A stretch of DNA of 64,000 bases, from IMG/VR virus record IMGVR_UViG_3300020037_008176, positions 1-64,000 of that record; one strand, written 5' to 3'. This document shows positions 59,099 through 64,000 of the stretch, in pieces. Each line of letters starts with the position of its first letter. Position 1 is the first letter of the stretch. Source of the DNA: a virus (taxonomy: Duplodnaviria; Caudoviricetes). The notes under the pieces were generated by a model. It did not search any database, was not told where the DNA came from, and worked only from the letters and a program-made list of their open reading frames with translations. Made by a program: the position numbers and the translations under genes.

Positions 59099-60733
59099 AT
59101 GAATAAAAATACAGAATTCGGCCCAGAAGCACGTAAAAAAATAGTTAAAGGTATTAATAAAGTTGCAGATGCAGTTACATCTACACTTGGACCTAATGGT
59201 AGAAATGTTATTTATACTGAGATGGGAGAAGTTAGAAGTACTAAAGATGGTGTTACAGTAGCAAAACAAATTTTTAATGTTGAAGATCCATTAGAAGAAA
59301 TGGGAGTTCAAATGATAAAACAAGTATCTATTAAAACAGCAAATACTGCTGGTGATGGAACAACAACTTCTACTCTTTTAGCTCAAAAAATGATTAATGA
59401 AGGAATCACTTATTTAGATAGAGGTTCCAATGCTGTAGATATTAAAAAAGGAATTGATTCTGCTGTTAAAGAAGTAGTAACTCATCTACGTAAAAAAATA
59501 TCTAAAGATATATCTTCTGAAACTCAATTAGAACAAGTAGCTACAGTATCAGCAAATAATGATTCATCAGTAGGTAAATTAATTTCATCTGCTATGAAAA
59601 AAGTAGGTCGTGAAGGAGTAGTTACTATTGAAGAATCAAAAAGTGGAGAAACATATCTTGAAACAGTTGAAGGGATGCAATTCGACAGAGGATATAAATC
59701 ACATTATTTTGTTACTAATAACAATGATATGACTTGTACTCTAGAAGATCCTTATATATTAATTGCAGATAGAAAATTTACTGCAGTAAAAGATTTACTT
59801 CCAATCTTGGAAAGTGTTTCACAAAGTGGTAAATCCCTACTTATTATTGCTGAGGATATTGAAAGTGAAGCTTTATCTACTCTTATTGTTAATAAAATGA
59901 GAGGTATTTTAAAAGTAGCTGCTGTTAAATCTCCAGATTTCGGAGATAGAAGAAAACTTATCTTAGAAGATATTGCTGTAATGACAGGAGGAGAAGTGTT
60001 TAGTCCTGATAAAAATATGAAATTGGATAAATTTGATATGAAGTGGTTTGGAAGAGCTCGCTTAGTTACTATCACAAAAGATCAAACAACAATTGTTGAT
60101 GGAAAAGGAGAATCTGAAAAAATAGATGAACGAGTAAAAAATCTTCAAACACAAATTGAAAAAGCACCTTCCCCATTCGAAAAAGAAAAATTACAAGAGC
60201 GTTTAGCTAAATTTATAGGAGGAGTAGCTATTATTCATGTTGGTGGTAATTCGGAATTAGAAATGAAAGAAACCAAAGATAGAGTTGATGATGCACTTCA
60301 AGCAACAAAAGCAGCAATTGAAGAAGGTATAGTACCAGGAGGTGGAGCAGCTTTATTATATGCTAGAGAAAGTATTACTAAAGTAGATTCTATTGATGAA
60401 CAAATTGGTAAACAAATAGTTTATAAAGCTTGTGGTTCTCCATTCTTGAAAATATTATTAAATGCAGGTGTTGAAGAAAGTGAATGTTATGGTTTAATAA
60501 ATCAAATTAAAACCGAATCCAAAAACAAATATTGGACTGGATATAATTTAAAAACCAAACAATTTACAGATATGGAAAAAGCAGGTATTATTGATCCTAC
60601 CAAGGTAACAAGAAATGCTATTGAAAATGCTGCATCAATTGCTGGTACAGTATTATTAACAGAAGCTGCAATCGTTGAAATAAACAACGATAAAAAAGAA
60701 CCTGAAATGGGTGGAATGCCTGGAATGTATTAA
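59099..60733 (+). CDS. groEL: Chaperonin GroEL
   Basis: [46 protein letters not shown] tail. Confidence 0.98.
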   Translation: MNKNTEFGPEARKKIVKGINKVADAVTSTLGPNGRNVIYTEMGEVRSTKDGVTVAKQIFNVEDPLEEMGVQMIKQVSIKTANTAGDGTTTSTLLAQKMINEGITYLDRGSNAVDIKKGIDSAVKEVVTHLRKKISKDISSETQLEQVATVSANNDSSVGKLISSAMKKVGREGVVTIEESKSGETYLETVEGMQFDRGYKSHYFVTNNNDMTCTLEDPYILIADRKFTAVKDLLPILESVSQSGKSLLIIAEDIESEALSTLIVNKMRGILKVAAVKSPDFGDRRKLILEDIAVMTGGEVFSPDKNMKLDKFDMKWFGRARLVTITKDQTTIVDGKGESEKIDERVKNLQTQIEKAPSPFEKEKLQERLAKFIGGVAIIHVGGNSELEMKETKDRVDDALQATKAAIEEGIVPGGGAALLYARESITKVDSIDEQIGKQIVYKACGSPFLKILLNAGVEESECYGLINQIKTESKNKYWTGYNLKTKQFTDMEKAGIIDPTKVTRNAIENAASIAGTVLLTEAAIVEINNDKKEPEMGGMPGMY

Positions 60734-60744
60734 TTATAAAATAA

Positions 60745-60966
60745 ATGAGAGGAGCAATAGATCTTTTAGGGAAATTCATTCAAATAGATGAAACCCAATA
60801 CGAAATTACTAATATTAATTTTGTCCCTGAATCAAATGGATTTTACATTGAATTAGAAAACGATGAAGGATTACTTAATATTTCCCTAAAAGATATTCTC
60901 ATTCATATTAATGAACAATTAAATTTAAAAAGTGGAAAATTTAACAAGAAAATTGTTAATATTTAA
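60745..60966 (+). CDS. Small hypothetical protein
   Basis: ORF between groEL and clamp loader. Confidence 0.5.
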   Translation: MRGAIDLLGKFIQIDETQYEITNINFVPESNGFYIELENDEGLLNISLKDILIHINEQLNLKSGKFNKKIVNI

Positions 60967-60975
60967 ATACAAGTT

Positions 60976-61911
60976 ATGTCAAAAAGGTTACACACAATAT
61001 TAAATGAACGTTATCGTCCTGATACTTTAGAAGGATATATTTGTAAAGATGAAATTAAATTAAAATTCCAAGAATTTATTGATAAACAAGATATCCCTCA
61101 TCTTTTATTCGCAGGTAAACCTGGTGCAGGTAAAACTACTATTGCTAAAATTTTAATTAAAAATATTGATTGTGATTATTTATATATCAATGCTACAGAT
61201 GAACGTTCAATTGATGTTATGAGAGATAAAGTAGGAGCATTTGCTTCTGCTGGATCTTTTAAGCCCCTCAAAATAGTAATATTAGATGAAGCAACTCATA
61301 TCTTACAAGCATCTCAAGTTATATTATTAAATATGATGGAAACTTATAGTTTAACTACAAGATTCATATTAACAGGTAACTTCCCAGAAAGACTAATTGA
61401 ACCATTAAGAAGCAGATGTCAAGAATTTGATTTATCTCCTCCATCCAAACCCGTTGTAGCAAAACATATTGACGATATTTTAAATAAAGAAAATATTGAA
61501 CATTCCTCCGAAGATATAGTAACAATTGTAAAAAAATTCTATCCTGATTTTCGTAAGATTATAAATAATTGTCAAAAATATACTGTTGATAATGTTTTAA
61601 AACTTGATAATTCAATAAATAATATAGATGATTATTCATTAAATATATTAACTGAATTAAAAACTCCATCATTTAAAACATTTAATAATATTAGACAAAT
61701 AATAGCTAATGCTGAATTAAATGATTATGAAGATTTATATAGATTTTTATATGACAATTTAAAAGAATATTCTAAAGGAAATGATGGGTATATTATTGTA
61801 ACAATTGAAGAATATCTTTATCATGCTACATTTAGACTAGATAAAGAAATAAATTTTATGGCTTGCATAAGTAAAATAGTAGAAATAATAAACAATAAAA
61901 AAGTTATATAA
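60976..61911 (+). CDS. Clamp loader AAA+ subunit (gp44/RFC-like)
   Basis: ERYRP, GKPGAGKTT, ILDEA, PLRSRC, PDFR. Confidence 0.95.
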   Translation: MSKRLHTILNERYRPDTLEGYICKDEIKLKFQEFIDKQDIPHLLFAGKPGAGKTTIAKILIKNIDCDYLYINATDERSIDVMRDKVGAFASAGSFKPLKIVILDEATHILQASQVILLNMMETYSLTTRFILTGNFPERLIEPLRSRCQEFDLSPPSKPVVAKHIDDILNKENIEHSSEDIVTIVKKFYPDFRKIINNCQKYTVDNVLKLDNSINNIDDYSLNILTELKTPSFKTFNNIRQIIANAELNDYEDLYRFLYDNLKEYSKGNDGYIIVTIEEYLYHATFRLDKEINFMACISKIVEIINNKKVI

Positions 61912-61912
61912 A

Positions 61913-62158
61913 ATGAACAAACAACCACAACTACAAGTAGATATTACTCAATCTACACCAATCAAATCAGAAGATGGAGGACAAGTCTTTCAAGAAGCAA
62001 CAATACTAAGAAAAATCAGTAAATTTCTAACTGGTACTAGTGAAGATGCTGTCGTACCTATCCCAGTATTTGTTGATATAAAAACAAATAAAATATTATT
62101 AGAAATGCTTCCTAAAGAATTGAGAGCAGAATATGAAGAGTACAACAAAACAGTCTAA
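61913..62158 (+). CDS. Small hypothetical protein
   Basis: LRKISKFLTG...PIPVF. Confidence 0.6.
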   Translation: MNKQPQLQVDITQSTPIKSEDGGQVFQEATILRKISKFLTGTSEDAVVPIPVFVDIKTNKILLEMLPKELRAEYEEYNKTV

Positions 62159-62585
62159 ACCGTTTTCTATATTTGATTTTTTAAAAGCTATTATTGATAT
62201 TAAACCATCATGGGATACTTTTACTCTTGAACAACAAAAAATATTTAATGGATACATGATTAATAAATTTTTAAGCATGAATTCTAAATATATTGAAGTT
62301 GTAAATTATGTTCAAGGTTTTAACATTAAAGATAGTGAAAAATTATATAATATATATTGTGAAGTTATTCCTCAATCAAAAAATACTTATTCACCGTTTA
62401 TAAAATCAAATAAAAAATCCCCTATAAATCCTGAATTATCTAAACATATTTCTAATTATTTTGAATGTTCAACTTCTGAAGCAGAAGAATATATAACATT
62501 AACAGATAAAGAATTCATTCAGGATATTTTAACTAAACAAGGGATTGATGAAAAAGAAATTAAAAAAATAACAAAAAATGGCTAA
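62133..62585 (+). CDS. Possible clamp loader small subunit (gp62-like)
   Basis: FDFL, YMINKFLSM, YFECS-SEA-EY; position after gp44-like gene. Confidence 0.6.
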   Translation: MKSTTKQSKPFSIFDFLKAIIDIKPSWDTFTLEQQKIFNGYMINKFLSMNSKYIEVVNYVQGFNIKDSEKLYNIYCEVIPQSKNTYSPFIKSNKKSPINPELSKHISNYFECSTSEAEEYITLTDKEFIQDILTKQGIDEKEIKKITKNG

Positions 62586-62931
62586 AGAAGAAATATCTGT
62601 TATCGAACAATTAGAAAAAGAATACCCAACCATAGCGGCTGGATATAAACAAATCATTAAAGAGCAATATGCTTTATTTGCACAAAAGATGCTAGATTAT
62701 GGAGTTGATAATATATCAATGGGTACTAGATTAGAAAGTCCTGAAGATAAAAAATTATCATTAACAGCAATTTGGATTCGTTGTAATGATAAAATGAATA
62801 GATTAAAAAATCTAGTATTGTTTAATAAAAAAAATCAAGTAGAAAATGAACCAACAACCGATTCATATATGGATTTAGTTAATTATAACATCATCGCTCA
62901 ACTTGTTTCAAAAGATCTTTGGAAAAAATAA
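62578..62931 (+). CDS. DUF1599 / nucleotide-modification-associated domain protein
   Basis: K-LDYG, IR-NDK-NRL, E...DS-MDL-NY. Confidence 0.8.
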   Translation: MAKEEISVIEQLEKEYPTIAAGYKQIIKEQYALFAQKMLDYGVDNISMGTRLESPEDKKLSLTAIWIRCNDKMNRLKNLVLFNKKNQVENEPTTDSYMDLVNYNIIAQLVSKDLWKK

Positions 62932-62972
62932 TAAAAATGTTTTTTAGCAATATTTATAATAAAACATAAATT

Positions 62973-63560
62973 ATGGCAAACAAATATTGGACTAAAGAAA
63001 AGCAAAAAGAGTATTATGAACGTAAAGGTAAGGAATTAGCTAAAAAATATTATCAAAATAATAAACAAGATAGAAAAGAATATCAATCTGAATATTATCA
63101 AGATAATAAAACGGAACAATATAAAAAGAATAGAGAACGTTTAGCTAAAAATAAAGAAAAATATAATGAAACAATTGATAAATGGAGAGAAAAAAATAAA
63201 GAAAAACTAAGAGTTAGACAACGAGAATACATGAAAAAATATCGTAAAAACTCTCCCACTTATCGACTTAGAGAAAACATTGGACATTATATAAGACAAG
63301 CTTTAGTAGATTCTATTCCTAAATCTGGTACATATAAAAAATATCTTGGGTGTTCAATAAATGAATATAAACAATATTTGGAAAAATTATTCCAACCCGA
63401 GATGACTTGGGAAAATTATGGAATATATTGGGAAATAGATCATATAAAAGCAATTTCAAATTTTGATTTAACTAAAGAAGAAGAAATATTAAAAGCATTC
63501 CATTACTTAAATACTCAACCATTATCAATAAAAGAAAATAGACAAAAAAGCAACAAATAA
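62973..63560 (+). CDS. HNH homing endonuclease (same family as 9752..10348)
   Basis: YLGCS...MTWENYG-YWEIDHI...HYLNTQPL...EN. Confidence 0.88.
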   Translation: MANKYWTKEKQKEYYERKGKELAKKYYQNNKQDRKEYQSEYYQDNKTEQYKKNRERLAKNKEKYNETIDKWREKNKEKLRVRQREYMKKYRKNSPTYRLRENIGHYIRQALVDSIPKSGTYKKYLGCSINEYKQYLEKLFQPEMTWENYGIYWEIDHIKAISNFDLTKEEEILKAFHYLNTQPLSIKENRQKSNK

Positions 63561-64000
63561 TGTCTAAAACTAAACAAACCCCTTCTATAGTAAAACAAAT
63601 TCGTGATTTTGTTCCACAGGAAATAAATTATGCTTTTCAAAAAAGTATTTCTTATTCCCAATTATCAATGTATTTATCATGTCCTAAAAAATGGGCATTA
63701 CAATATAGAGATGGTCATAAAATATACAATCAATCTATTAATATGACTTTTGGTACTTCAATTCATGAAACATTACAAAATTATCTTCATGTATTATATA
63801 CTGAAAGTGGTGTTAAAGCTGATGAAATAGATCTAGAAGATCATTTTGAAGAAAGATTTAAAGAAAACTATTCTAAAGGATATAAAGATAATAAAAATAT
63901 CCACTTTAGTAATTCTGAAGAAATGAGAGAATTTTTTGATGATGGAATAGCTATTTTAGAATTTATAAAAAAGAAAAGAGGAGAATATTTTAGCATAAGA
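63560..64000 (+). CDS. PD-(D/E)xK (RecB/Cas4-like) nuclease, truncated by window end
   Basis: ISYSQLSMYLSCPKKWALQY...FGTSIHETLQ N-terminus; not in ORF track. Confidence 0.8.
   Translation, partial: MSKTKQTPSIVKQIRDFVPQEINYAFQKSISYSQLSMYLSCPKKWALQYRDGHKIYNQSINMTFGTSIHETLQNYLHVLYTESGVKADEIDLEDHFEERFKENYSKGYKDNKNIHFSNSEEMREFFDDGIAILEFIKKKRGEYFSIR

Larger units (their letters stand above)
1..64000 (+). other. Fragment of a large T4-like (myovirus) phage genome, probable Bacteroidota host
   Basis: T4-like gp17/20/21/22/23/13/14/15/18/19 order, gp32/UvsX/gp41/gp43/gp45/gp44-like replisome, single-strand coding, no integrase or host housekeeping context. Confidence 0.95.

Noticed and set aside
1009-60687. 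All minus-strand ORFs in the track (e.g. 10596..11063, 19325..19966, 34412..35005)
   Set aside because: They lie antisense to well-supported + genes, are low-complexity mirror translations and lack motifs or promoters
1-64000. Stop-codon reassignment
   Set aside because: Conserved genes are full length in the standard code; TAG (36101, 41720) and TGA (25915, 49021) act as stops
1-64000. tRNA, rRNA, CRISPR array, diversity-generating retroelement
   Set aside because: No cloverleaf, repeat-spacer array or reverse transcriptase seen by eye; intergenic gaps are mostly too short

Overview
The window is a 64-kb piece of a large, AT-rich T4-like myovirus genome, with essentially all real genes on the + strand. 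Gene order: packaging and head (terminase, portal, protease, scaffold, major capsid), a guanidino-enzyme/decarboxylase/PhoH insert, fibres, neck and contractile tail, then replication (a thumb-less PolA-like gene, gp32-like SSB, UvsX/RecA, 5'-3' exonuclease, helicase, class I RNR), a 7-deazaguanine DNA-modification cluster (DpdA-like, QueC, QueD, QueE, FolE plus thioesterase, kinase and NTP pyrophosphatase), PolB, clamp, GroES/GroEL and clamp loader. Nine free-standing homing-endonuclease genes are interspersed. A Bacteroidota host is inferred from TTG-N20-TAYATTWA promoters and the general lack of Shine-Dalgarno sites. A recurring TATTTATA motif looks like the late promoter. The best candidates for new biology are: (1) a soluble PSD-fold decarboxylase paired with an amidinotransferase/arginine-dihydrolase-fold enzyme and a catalytically dead prohead-protease paralogue next to the capsid gene; (2) a [ST]-[GAS]-S motif saturating outer virion proteins; (3) a tail-chaperone frameshift pair apparently split by a homing endonuclease; (4) a second, thumb-less family A polymerase; (5) a deazaguanine cluster that looks equipped for nucleotide-pool-level substitution. 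All functional calls come from motif recognition by eye; no database search was run.
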